From: a bacterium
GTDB taxonomy: Bacteria > Patescibacteriota > Saccharimonadia > Saccharimonadales > UBA4665
DNA: 64,000 nt
Assembly (NCBI GenBank): GCA_021799595.1
Contig: JAJZAF010000001.1
Coordinates: forward strand, 20,328 to 84,327
Direction of reading: 5' to 3'
The position numbers and the translations under genes are program-made. Positions 27,763 to 38,408 of the stretch are shown here, piece by piece. The first letter of the stretch is position 1. The number at the start of each line of letters is the position of its first letter. The notes beneath the pieces were generated by a model, which saw only the letters and a list, made by a program, of their open reading frames with translations, was not told the DNA's origin and searched no databases.

Positions 27763-28959
27763 ATGGCAAAAACAGAACATGTACTTATCGTAGGTGGCGG
27801 CTTTGCCGGGGTAGCCGCAGCTCGAGGGCTAGCTCACGATCCACGCTTTCGAATAACACTAATAAGTGACGATTCTGAATTTCGCTACTATCCAGCATTG
27901 TATCGTACCGCAACAGGTGGTGAGCGGGCTAATTCCTCTATCCCTCTTTCCACCATTTTTGCTGACTGCCCAGAAGTACAAATTTATAAGGACCAGGTCG
28001 ACTCCTTGGATAGGAAGGCCAAAACTATCACCACAAAAAGCGGTGAAGTATATAATTACGATACTTTGCTACTGGCACTGGGTGTTGTCACTAACTATTT
28101 TGGCATCCGTGGACTTCCTGATTTCTCTTTCTCTATTAAGTCTCAAAGTGAGGTTGCCCGCTTTAAAAAACACCTCCATCAGCAACTTATTGATGAAAGA
28201 CGACCTGACCTTAACTACGTTATTGTAGGAGCAGGTCCAACCGGCATAGAACTTGCCGGCGCCTTGCCGAGCTATTTACGTACCATTACCCGTAATCATA
28301 ATCTGTCGCATCGGGCAATTCATATAGACCTGATTGAGGCCGCACCACGTCTCTTGCCACGGCTACCACGTCATACATCCAGAGCAGTAGGCCGACAGCT
28401 TCGCAAACTCGGTATTAAAATATACCTTAAAAGCGTCGTGCAAGCAGAAACAGCAGAAGAACTGACGGTCAATGGAAAACCGATCCGTTCACATACCGTT
28501 ATTTGGACGGCTGGGGTAACAAACCACCCATTTTTTAATGCTAACCATTTCTCTATTACGTCTCACGGTAAAGTAGCAGTAGATGTTTATTTGCAGAGTG
28601 AAGACAATATTTTTGTCCTCGGAGATAATGCAAATACGCCATTTAGCGGCACGGCTCAAACAGCGCTCAAAGACGGTGCTTTTGTGGCTCATAATCTCAA
28701 ACGTCGCGCGTCAGGCAGACAAATGACGAGCTATAACGCACGTCAGCCTATTACTGTCATCCCGGCTGGACCTCATTGGGCAGCGGTTGTATGGCGCAAA
28801 CTTCAGTTAGCCGGTTGGCTCGGCTACATGTTGCGAGAAAGCGCCGACTTCGTAGGCTTTCATGACCTTGAGCCTTGGCCGCTCGCTACCAAGCAATTCT
28901 TAAGTGAATTCGTCCACGAAGACAATTGTCCTGTTTGTGCAGCAGCTCTGTTAACATAG
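27763..28959 (+). CDS. ndh: type II NADH:quinone oxidoreductase (NDH-2)
   Basis: HVLIVGGGFAGVAAA, a second dinucleotide fold VIVGAGPTGIELAGAL, and FVLGDNA. Confidence 0.85.
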   Translation: MAKTEHVLIVGGGFAGVAAARGLAHDPRFRITLISDDSEFRYYPALYRTATGGERANSSIPLSTIFADCPEVQIYKDQVDSLDRKAKTITTKSGEVYNYDTLLLALGVVTNYFGIRGLPDFSFSIKSQSEVARFKKHLHQQLIDERRPDLNYVIVGAGPTGIELAGALPSYLRTITRNHNLSHRAIHIDLIEAAPRLLPRLPRHTSRAVGRQLRKLGIKIYLKSVVQAETAEELTVNGKPIRSHTVIWTAGVTNHPFFNANHFSITSHGKVAVDVYLQSEDNIFVLGDNANTPFSGTAQTALKDGAFVAHNLKRRASGRQMTSYNARQPITVIPAGPHWAAVVWRKLQLAGWLGYMLRESADFVGFHDLEPWPLATKQFLSEFVHEDNCPVCAAALLT

Positions 28960-29076
28960 CGCTTCTTTAACTTTACATAGACTTTCGAATAGTTGACAAG
29001 CGTGTTAATATGAACATTGTTATTACGGTTATGCTTTAATATACTTTAAATTAAGTAATTAAAAGGATCAATAAAA

Positions 29077-29634
29077 ATGGCACAATCTGACAGAAAAACT
29101 ATAGACAAAGTATTCGTACTACTCGGCATTGTCATGGTGATTGTGCTGCTCATAGTCGGTGCGCTTTCCCTGAGAGCCTACTCTTTTGCAAAATCGACAG
29201 TTCAATCTCAGTTATCCGCCCAGAAAATATTTTTTCCGCCAGCTAACAGTCCAGAACTAGCTGAACTTCCAAGTACTGATCGCGTACAAATGGATAAGTA
29301 TGCCGGACAGCAACTTATTAACGGCTCTCAAGCAAAAGTGTATGCAGACAACTTTATTGCCTACCATCTGACAAAAGTAGCCGATGGTAAAACATATTCT
29401 CAGGTTAGCTCTGAAGCGCAAGCCAATCCGTCAAATGCCAAACTGAAAGCCGAAGAACAAACCCTCTTCCAAGGTGAAACACTCCGAGGTTTACTCCTTG
29501 GAGACGGCTACGCGTATTGGACATTCGCGCAGATTGCCGAATACACTTCTATAACTGCTTTCGTAGGTGCTGTCATTATGTTTGTGCTGGTACTCCTGGG
29601 ATTAACCCACATCGTTGCAGCAGGCAAAGAGTAA
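29077..29634 (+). CDS. hypothetical membrane protein (N- and C-terminal TM helices flanking an exposed domain)
   Basis: 185-aa ORF with AAAAGGA 8 nt upstream of the ATG. A possible promoter is TTGTTA (29017-29022), 17 nt, TATACT (29040-29045). Confidence 0.5.
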   Translation: MAQSDRKTIDKVFVLLGIVMVIVLLIVGALSLRAYSFAKSTVQSQLSAQKIFFPPANSPELAELPSTDRVQMDKYAGQQLINGSQAKVYADNFIAYHLTKVADGKTYSQVSSEAQANPSNAKLKAEEQTLFQGETLRGLLLGDGYAYWTFAQIAEYTSITAFVGAVIMFVLVLLGLTHIVAAGKE

Positions 29635-29931
29635 TCTTTGACCTCTCTCGAGAACTGAGTAAATCCAGAATGGATCTTGAGCCGTGTAGCCTAATTTTGT
29701 TAGTAAGGATTTTTGTTGCGGCTATACATGAGTAAAAGCGATAAATAATATTATTACTCTAATAGGTAATAACTGCATTTTTTGTTGTGTTAAACATTAC
29801 AAAATTTGTTAGTAAACTAAAAATTAGCTAAAGTTTCCCTGGTCAAAACATTTTGATTAGCATATTGTATGCTTTAGACTTTTGGCACGAACATCTAGAC
29901 AGTACCAACAAGCCCTGTACAATACTTAGAA

Positions 29932-32900
29932 ATGACAGGAAAGAACTCTCACTCCGAGTATTTGGCCGTATACAAAAAGCTGAACAATGCACAAAAGAAG
30001 GCTGTAGGGGCAATTGACGGACCACTGCTTGTTATTGCCGGACCAGGCACTGGCAAGACACAGCTATTGAGCATGCGAGTAGCTAACATCTTAGACAAAA
30101 CCGACACAGACCCGTCAGATATTCTCTGTTTGACTTTTACAAACTTTGCAGCTACCAATATGCGTGAACGCCTTGCTCAGTTGATCGGACCAGTCGCTGT
30201 TCACGTGACTGTTCGCACTTTTCATAGTTTTGCGGCAGATATTATGAATACCTATCCAGATTATTTCTGGCATGGAGCCCGGCTGACTGTAGTGCCGGAC
30301 AGCATTCAGCTTGAGATTATAGAGAATATCGTTAACAAGTTACCGCTGGATAACCCACTAGCCCAGCGCTTTAGTGGTGCCTATACCATGCTTAAAGATA
30401 TTAAAGAGGCACTTAAGCTTGTCAAGGAAGCAGGTTTAACACCGGATAAATTAACTGCCCTGATGACAATTAATTTGGCATACATTGATCAAATAGAATC
30501 TCTTCTCGTAGATATTTTAAGCCCACCACTATCGTATAAAAGACTACCGGCTATAGGTAAGGCCATCTCGTCTTTGCCGGATCAAGATGTAGATAGCACC
30601 ATCGCTCCTCTCAAATCACTTAGCTCAGTCTTGAAATTGAGCTTCAGTGAAGCAATTGAAAAAGATAGCGACAGTAATAAAACAACATTAACCGGCAAGT
30701 GCAAACAACGTTGGCTCCAGACAGTTGATGGCAAAAAAGGCATGTGGCATGAACGACGGCGAACTCTATGGTGGCAGGCTTTAGCTGACGTGTATAGTAC
30801 CTACCGTAAGCAACTGCACGCGCGTGGCTACTATGATTACGCTGACATGCTAGTTGAGGTTATCGCACAACTGGAGCAGCATCCTGATCTTCTCAGTGAT
30901 ATACAAGAACACTGTCATTACGTTCTTATTGATGAGTTTCAGGATACCAATGCAGCCCAATTGCGCTTAGCTCATCTTTTGGTTACCAATTCTGCCTCTA
31001 TCAATAAACCAAACATTATGGCCGTGGGGGATGATGACCAGACCATTTTTGCATTTAACGGAGCTGAGCTGAGCAACATGGTACGGTTCCAGACAATGTA
31101 TAGAAACGTCAAAACAATTATTTTGACAAAAAACTATAGATCTAACCAAGCAATACTTGACTTTGCCGGATCAATTATTGCTCAAGCCGGAAATCGCTTG
31201 GTTGGACGCTCTCCACATTTTTCTAAGCAACTCAGAGCAGCAGCCAAACGATCTCGCGGACAATTGAAACATGTCCGTTTTTTGACACGTGAACAACAGT
31301 TTTTTGAGATCTCCACCCATATTCAAGCCAGCTGGCAAGGTAACCCGGGCGCTGATCTGGGTGTTTTAGCTCGTAGCCACGATAGCCTAAAAGAGCTGAG
31401 CATGTACTTACGAAAGCTGGGCGTACCTGTTCGGTATGAAAAACATAATAATGTCCTCAGCCTACCACTTATTGAACAGCTAAATTTGGCTTCATCAGTG
31501 ATTGTCGGAATCAATGAGGGCAATCTTTCAGAGGTTAATGCTAACCTGGCACGCCTGATCAGCCACCCAGCCTGGGGCGTACCTCCACTTGTCCTCTGGC
31601 AGCTGGCTACCAAACTTACCCCTCGTGACGATTGGCTCAGCCATATGACGAACCATAAAGACCAGCACCTGCAGAAGGTCGGCAAATGGCTGCTTTGGCT
31701 CAGTAGTGAAGCCAATTACCAACCGGCAGCTGTTCTCATTGAATATCTTCTTGGTCTTAGAACAACAGACAAAAAATATACAAGCCCACTTAAGAGTTAC
31801 TTTTTAGAAAAGAGCGTTAATCAAGATTATTTGGAAGAATTATCCGGTCTTAGGCTTATAAAACAGCTGGTTAGAGAGTTTGTGGACAGCAGGCTACCGA
31901 TGCCGAGGCTAAGTGATTATGTTCGCTTTATTCGCTTGAACATGCAACATGGGCAAACAATTACCGATCAGTCGTGGTATGTTTCAGGTACTCGAGCAGT
32001 CCAGCTCATGACGGTACATGCTGCCAAGGGATTAGAATTCGATACTGTCTTTTTAGTTGATGCTGTTGATAGTGATTGGAAACCGAGAGGCATACGTCGG
32101 CATTCGCCAGCAAACCTACCGTTACAACCATACGGTGAACAGCTTGATGATTATATCCGACTAGCCTACGTCGCCGCAACACGGGCCAAACATTCTTTCA
32201 TTGCCAGCAGCTACCGGTATGACGAGGCAGGCAAGGATATACTAGCGACACCGTTTCTGAGTGCATTACCTATTGAAGAACGCACTTCTTTTGACGCAGA
32301 TCAAGCGATCAAGGCTGTAGAGACATCACTGTCTTGGCCAAGGCTGAACGACACCAAAGAAGCAGCACTTTTAAAAAGCCGCCTAGAAGAGTATCAGTTA
32401 AACGCAACGGCACTGCTGCAATTCTTAGATATCAGGACCGGTGGGCCAAGCCAGTTTTTTGAACGCCAGTTACTCCGTTTGCCACAGGTAACAACTCCAG
32501 CAATGGCGTATGGCACTGCCATACATAAAGCCTTACAAGTTGCCCAACTGGATGTGAACAGGGGATCATACAGTCTCAGTCATGTTTTGAAACAGTACGA
32601 ACAAACTCTCCTAAAGCAGCAGCTGCCCATACAGGAAACGGAACGTTATCTCATATATGGCCAAAAAGTATTACGTAATCTTCTTGCAAATACACCACGA
32701 CTGTTCAGTCCTGGCAATCGAGCTGAAGTTACTATTAATGGCGTTCAAGTTGGTCCGGCTCGTCTAACCGGAACTTTAGATCATCTCGAGATAGCTAACA
32801 ATGATCTCATAATCACTGACTATAAAACCGGTAAACCACTGACGAGTTTTAAGAGTAACGACAGAAGCGGAGCACTCAAAGCGTGGCGGCATAGTTCTCA

Positions 32901-33171
32901 ATTACTCTTCTACAGCTTACTTGTTAAATCAAGCCCTCACTTTTTATCATATACAGTACACGCTCAGATGCTATATGTAGAAGCCGACACAAAAAATGGT
33001 CTCAAACTGACACTTGAACCTGATGCAACCAGCTTAAAACGCATGGAACAGCTAGTAATCGCAGTCTGGCGCCATATTACTGAGCTGAATTTTCCTGACA
33101 CTAGTCATTACTCTGCTGATAGAAAAGGTATAGAGACTTTCGAAGAAGATCTCTTGAGCGGCAAAATCTAG
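29932..33171 (+). CDS. UvrD/Rep-family SF1 helicase fused to a C-terminal RecB-type PD-(D/E)xK nuclease (AddA-like)
   Basis: AGPGTGKT, VLIDEFQDTN, NYRSNQAIL, VHAAKGLEFDTVFL and YVAATRAK. The nuclease motifs are GTLDHL, ITDYKTGK and QLLFYSLL. Confidence 0.8.
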   Translation: MTGKNSHSEYLAVYKKLNNAQKKAVGAIDGPLLVIAGPGTGKTQLLSMRVANILDKTDTDPSDILCLTFTNFAATNMRERLAQLIGPVAVHVTVRTFHSFAADIMNTYPDYFWHGARLTVVPDSIQLEIIENIVNKLPLDNPLAQRFSGAYTMLKDIKEALKLVKEAGLTPDKLTALMTINLAYIDQIESLLVDILSPPLSYKRLPAIGKAISSLPDQDVDSTIAPLKSLSSVLKLSFSEAIEKDSDSNKTTLTGKCKQRWLQTVDGKKGMWHERRRTLWWQALADVYSTYRKQLHARGYYDYADMLVEVIAQLEQHPDLLSDIQEHCHYVLIDEFQDTNAAQLRLAHLLVTNSASINKPNIMAVGDDDQTIFAFNGAELSNMVRFQTMYRNVKTIILTKNYRSNQAILDFAGSIIAQAGNRLVGRSPHFSKQLRAAAKRSRGQLKHVRFLTREQQFFEISTHIQASWQGNPGADLGVLARSHDSLKELSMYLRKLGVPVRYEKHNNVLSLPLIEQLNLASSVIVGINEGNLSEVNANLARLISHPAWGVPPLVLWQLATKLTPRDDWLSHMTNHKDQHLQKVGKWLLWLSSEANYQPAAVLIEYLLGLRTTDKKYTSPLKSYFLEKSVNQDYLEELSGLRLIKQLVREFVDSRLPMPRLSDYVRFIRLNMQHGQTITDQSWYVSGTRAVQLMTVHAAKGLEFDTVFLVDAVDSDWKPRGIRRHSPANLPLQPYGEQLDDYIRLAYVAATRAKHSFIASSYRYDEAGKDILATPFLSALPIEERTSFDADQAIKAVETSLSWPRLNDTKEAALLKSRLEEYQLNATALLQFLDIRTGGPSQFFERQLLRLPQVTTPAMAYGTAIHKALQVAQLDVNRGSYSLSHVLKQYEQTLLKQQLPIQETERYLIYGQKVLRNLLANTPRLFSPGNRAEVTINGVQVGPARLTGTLDHLEIANNDLIITDYKTGKPLTSFKSNDRSGALKAWRHSSQLLFYSLLVKSSPHFLSYTVHAQMLYVEADTKNGLKLTLEPDATSLKRMEQLVIAVWRHITELNFPDTSHYSADRKGIETFEEDLLSGKI

Positions 33172-33179
33172 CCAAAAAG

Positions 33180-33911
33180 CTATTTTCGTTTTTTAGTGGC
33201 TACCTTTTTGGTCGTCTTTGTCGTCGTAGCCGTTGCTACTGCCGGACGACTGCTAACTGAAGCTTGCACGAGCGATAGAAGACCGCCTTTTCGCTCATCG
33301 GCAAAGAGCAGAGCGTAAATTTGCGTACCGATAAAGGCGCCGACAATCGGGCCAGCAACGTATGTACTCCAAACCCAAGCACGGGCACCGAGAGCAACTG
33401 CCGGATTCAATAGACCCAGTGCTCCGGAAGAAGCTACCAGACTACCAATGATCAGACCCACGCCAGTGTAAGCACCAACGGCTGCTCTGCTCAGCTTCTC
33501 GTATACGGTTGCAGCAAAGACGAAAGAGAACAGCGCCGTGCCAACAAGCTCAGCGACAAAAATACGCAACGTGTGGTGACCACCGACAAAAGTGAGATGG
33601 TTGTTAACAAGATAAATATAGAGATAGTAAGCAGCCCAACCACCGAGCAATTGCACGGCGATATAGAGAATACCCGCTAAGGTTGATATTTTACCGGCAG
33701 TCCACTGACCAATGGTAATGGCCGGGTTAAAGTGCCCGCCAGATATTTTACCTGCAGCAAACGATAAGCTGGCAAAAGCTAAACCAGCTGCGGTTGCTAC
33801 AAAATATGGATAGCCAATACCTGAGTGCTCTACACTGAGAATGGTGATAGTCAATAGACCCGCACCAAGAAACTCTGCGACCAGCGCTGCTATTTTTTTC
33901 CTTCCGAACAT
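33180..33911 (-). CDS. MIP-family channel (aquaporin/glycerol facilitator)
   Basis: Two NPA boxes (GGHFNPAITIG and LLNPAVALG), 6 TM helices, and a Lys/Thr-rich C-terminal tail. Confidence 0.85.
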   Translation of the reverse strand: MFGRKKIAALVAEFLGAGLLTITILSVEHSGIGYPYFVATAAGLAFASLSFAAGKISGGHFNPAITIGQWTAGKISTLAGILYIAVQLLGGWAAYYLYIYLVNNHLTFVGGHHTLRIFVAELVGTALFSFVFAATVYEKLSRAAVGAYTGVGLIIGSLVASSGALGLLNPAVALGARAWVWSTYVAGPIVGAFIGTQIYALLFADERKGGLLSLVQASVSSRPAVATATTTKTTKKVATKKRK

Positions 33912-34001
33912 GGTTTTTATAACCTCCTTTAGTTACCTGCCAATAAGCGTACCTGTACTTTTTTTATTTGTAAAGTCTTACAGGAATTTGTATCTGTTAA
34001 T

Positions 34002-34955
34002 TTACGCCCTATAGGCAATAACACCAACCTCCGTTCGCTCAGTAGTTAACATCTTCCGCGCTGCTCGATTAAAGATAAGGGCTCGCATGACATCTAGGGA
34101 AGCCTTGCGTTGTGGCTGATGTTGGACGCGAACTCTCTCGTCGGCAAATTCCTTATAGCATCCAATTGAAGTAGAGAAGACGGATATAATCCTATTTCCA
34201 GTAGCGTGATCCAATAGAAAACGAGCCTTCGCAAAAGCCCTATCTGTCAGGTCTTCTCGATCAACTACTTCACAATGCACTCCTTGGTAGGCTTCGTAAC
34301 GCGCACCGTTGCTGATTGCAATCTCAAGGCACTCTTCAGGAGTGACGTCCCACAGCTTTGGATTAAGTGCTGCAGCTTTTCCATTCATAACAGACCCGAC
34401 AAGGTCTTCCTTATTGAGCATTTTTTTAAGACCCATCTGGCAACAAATATCCCATATAGGCGGTAACAGCACATCCATGTTCTCGCCAGCAAATAGCAAG
34501 ATGTCACGCAACTTTCCAGTTGCGGCACAGCCACTTTTACCTTTGACATCATCACCATGCATCGTAACGACCTGCCCGTGACGTATAGCATCCCGGGTAG
34601 CGTGAGCGAATAAGACGCTAACTGGTCGATGATTATCCAGACCAGCCATTAGTGATACAGCCGTTTCAGTTGTCGACAAGCTACCGGCAATTTGCGGGTT
34701 CGCTGCCTGCTCATCGGACTGCGCTCGTTCCAGTTCAGCAGATGAGCAGCGACCATCAATGCAAATCCAATTGTTCGTAGCTGGTACGGAATACGTTTCA
34801 GAGGTAAGGCTATGCAACAAATACCTACTCTCTTCCGGCTCAATACGGCCTTCTGGCCCAAAGCTGCCAATGTTACCTGGACCAAGGGTCGTTACATTCA
34901 CCGTCAGTGCTGTATTGAGATGATCAGACTGTGATTTTCCCTTTCTGAAGCTCAT
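34002..34955 (-). CDS. hypothetical soluble protein (317 aa)
   Basis: Long ORF with no TM helix and no family I can name. Confidence 0.45.
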   Translation of the reverse strand: MSFRKGKSQSDHLNTALTVNVTTLGPGNIGSFGPEGRIEPEESRYLLHSLTSETYSVPATNNWICIDGRCSSAELERAQSDEQAANPQIAGSLSTTETAVSLMAGLDNHRPVSVLFAHATRDAIRHGQVVTMHGDDVKGKSGCAATGKLRDILLFAGENMDVLLPPIWDICCQMGLKKMLNKEDLVGSVMNGKAAALNPKLWDVTPEECLEIAISNGARYEAYQGVHCEVVDREDLTDRAFAKARFLLDHATGNRIISVFSTSIGCYKEFADERVRVQHQPQRKASLDVMRALIFNRAARKMLTTERTEVGVIAYRA

Positions 34956-35103
34956 AAAATGCCGTTTTCTCTATGTCCTAATCTTTTATCTGAATGAAAT
35001 AGGTACCTCTACTATAGGTACCCTCCATGTCTCTCTTTTATAGTCTAGTCAGTCTGTGAGATAAATCAAGTTGTGAATGAAAAATCTATAGTACACTACG
35101 CAC

Positions 35104-35643
35104 ATGAGTGAGCTGAGAAGCCAAACGGTCTCTATTTATAGCATCTACTATCCAGCATATGATGAGCCGGGCGGCTTGACAAAGACACAGTTCGCCTGGG
35201 CTTTTGGCAGTCTGGGGATTAACCAGCCGGAAACCTACACAATTAGCATCGCCGACCAGTTGGCTTTAGAATTCGATCGTCACATTCCAGTTCGTCCAAT
35301 TAGTATTACAGTTTTTGATAAATCTCTCGATGATGCTGGCATAATACTAGCCAGTTTATTCGGAATAGATACGATGACGACTATCATGCAAACCAAAAAC
35401 AGTGGTGGTTTGATAATTGCAAATGTAACATTAGGCCCTGAAGACCGGTTTGCAATCGCCAGCTTTCAAGCCAAGCATCCGCTGACACCTCGTCTGTTGA
35501 AGGCAGCCTGTCGAGCCATGCTGGATATCCACAACCGTTCTTTAAAACAACTGCCACCAGTCAGCCCATTGCCACCATCACCAAGCTACAAGTCAGACTT
35601 CAATGCGAATACTCCGACAGACATAGAACCGATCGTTACCTAG
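35104..35643 (+). CDS. hypothetical protein (179 aa, Pro-rich C-terminus)
   Basis: ORF divergent from 34002..34955. Its end overlaps the atpC stop by 4 nt in convergent orientation. Confidence 0.4.
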   Translation: MSELRSQTVSIYSIYYPAYDEPGGLTKTQFAWAFGSLGINQPETYTISIADQLALEFDRHIPVRPISITVFDKSLDDAGIILASLFGIDTMTTIMQTKNSGGLIIANVTLGPEDRFAIASFQAKHPLTPRLLKAACRAMLDIHNRSLKQLPPVSPLPPSPSYKSDFNANTPTDIEPIVT

Positions 35644-36068
35644 CGCTGTCTATGCCTATGCTTTATATTGGCAACTTGTAAGCGTACAGCTTGCCGGTCA
35701 ATGAGACTTTGAGCATGTTCTAAACTTACTTGATCTTTTGCTTCACTTTTCATTTTCTCTGCCCGCTCCAGTGCTCTCCGTGCTTCTGCTTCGTTAATTT
35801 CATCTGGTTGGTCAGCTTCATCGACCAGCACACGCAGAACATTATGCGAAACTTCGATCGCACCACCGTTAATGGCAAAGTATACGAGAGACAGATCCGG
35901 ATCATGCGGATTGCGACGTACTGCAACCACGCCGTTTTTGGCAACGCTGATTAGCGGCATATGATCTTTGAGAACCCCGATGCGACCATCAAGCGTCGGT
36001 AAAATGACCTCGTAAACATCATCGTCAAACTTTTTGCCGCTTAAGGATACCAACTGAAAATGGAACAT
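35640..36068 (-). CDS. atpC: F1Fo ATP synthase subunit epsilon
   Basis: Its position after atpD and the typical N-terminal beta-sandwich (LVSLSGKKFDDDVYEVILPTLDGRIGVLKDHMPL). Confidence 0.85.
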   Translation of the reverse strand: MFHFQLVSLSGKKFDDDVYEVILPTLDGRIGVLKDHMPLISVAKNGVVAVRRNPHDPDLSLVYFAINGGAIEVSHNVLRVLVDEADQPDEINEAEARRALERAEKMKSEAKDQVSLEHAQSLIDRQAVRLQVANIKHRHRQR

Positions 36069-36076
36069 AGATAGCC

Positions 36077-37525
<1,449 letters not shown>

Positions 37526-37541
37526 TTAGCTTCTAAAATTG

Positions 37542-38408
37542 TCATGTAGCGAGCGCCTCCGCGCCACCGGTAATTTCAGCCAGCTCCTGGGTAATAGCAG
37601 CTTGGCGAGCAGTATTGAGTTCTAAAGTGTAGTCATCAATTAAATCGTTTGCGTTGTCAGTGGCATTCTTGGTGGCAACCATACGCATGGCATGTTCGCT
37701 GGCCAGACTTTCTAACACTGCCTGCCAGATTTGGACTTCGACGAGACGGGTAGCAACTTCATGCACGACTGTTGCGGCATCCGGTTCAAAGTTACTAATC
37801 CGAAGATGTTCAATATTACCGTCAGGAACTGGTGCCGGCAGTAATTGCAGATTTTTGGCTTGCTGGACCAGACTTGACTTAAAATCTGTAAATAATACCT
37901 GTACACTGTCAACTTTTGCTTCTCTATATTGCTCGATAACAGTATTTAAGATCGGTCGTATGTCATTGGCTGTTGGCTGTTCGCCAAACGGCTGATAAGC
38001 AGCCAAGAGGTTAACATCTTCAAGGCGTCTCACAAACTGTACACCTTTGCTACCGACTGCAATAACGTGACTTTTGACGTGAGCCGCTTTATCAGCCCTC
38101 AAGCCTTCATTTAATAACTTCAAGGTGTTAGCATTGTATGCCCCAGCCAGACCGGTGTTTGACGTAATGATGATATAGAGCCGGTTCTTGACTGGACGCT
38201 TAATAAATAACGGCATACGCTCAACTTCACTCATGGCATTGAGTCTTTTTAATAGGTCATATGCCAGATCACGGTACTCACGGCTTATCTCGGCATATTC
38301 CTGAGCCCGCTTTAGCTTGCTGGCACTCACCATCTCCATAGCTTTCGTGATTTGCCTGGTGTTACGGATCGAGGTAATCCGGCGTTTGAGTGTAATCATG
38401 CTAGCCAT
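37542..38408 (-). CDS. atpG: F1Fo ATP synthase subunit gamma
   Basis: IRNTRQITKAMEMVSASKLKRAQ and a C-terminal QAAITQELAEI helix. Confidence 0.9.
   Translation of the reverse strand: MASMITLKRRITSIRNTRQITKAMEMVSASKLKRAQEYAEISREYRDLAYDLLKRLNAMSEVERMPLFIKRPVKNRLYIIITSNTGLAGAYNANTLKLLNEGLRADKAAHVKSHVIAVGSKGVQFVRRLEDVNLLAAYQPFGEQPTANDIRPILNTVIEQYREAKVDSVQVLFTDFKSSLVQQAKNLQLLPAPVPDGNIEHLRISNFEPDAATVVHEVATRLVEVQIWQAVLESLASEHAMRMVATKNATDNANDLIDDYTLELNTARQAAITQELAEITGGAEALAT

Noticed and set aside
27763-27769. Apparent 7-nt head-to-head overlap of the FAD oxidase and ndh start codons
   Set aside because: It is most likely an ORF-extension artefact, because an in-frame TTG at 27721 gives a normal divergent arrangement. 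It is not reported as a real overlap.
34002-34955. Possible beta-carbonic anhydrase, based on a CxDxR motif (CIDGR)
   Set aside because: The second zinc-ligand motif (HxxC) is absent in the expected form and spacing. Here His and Cys are about 10 residues apart in HGDDVKGKSGC. One short motif is insufficient.
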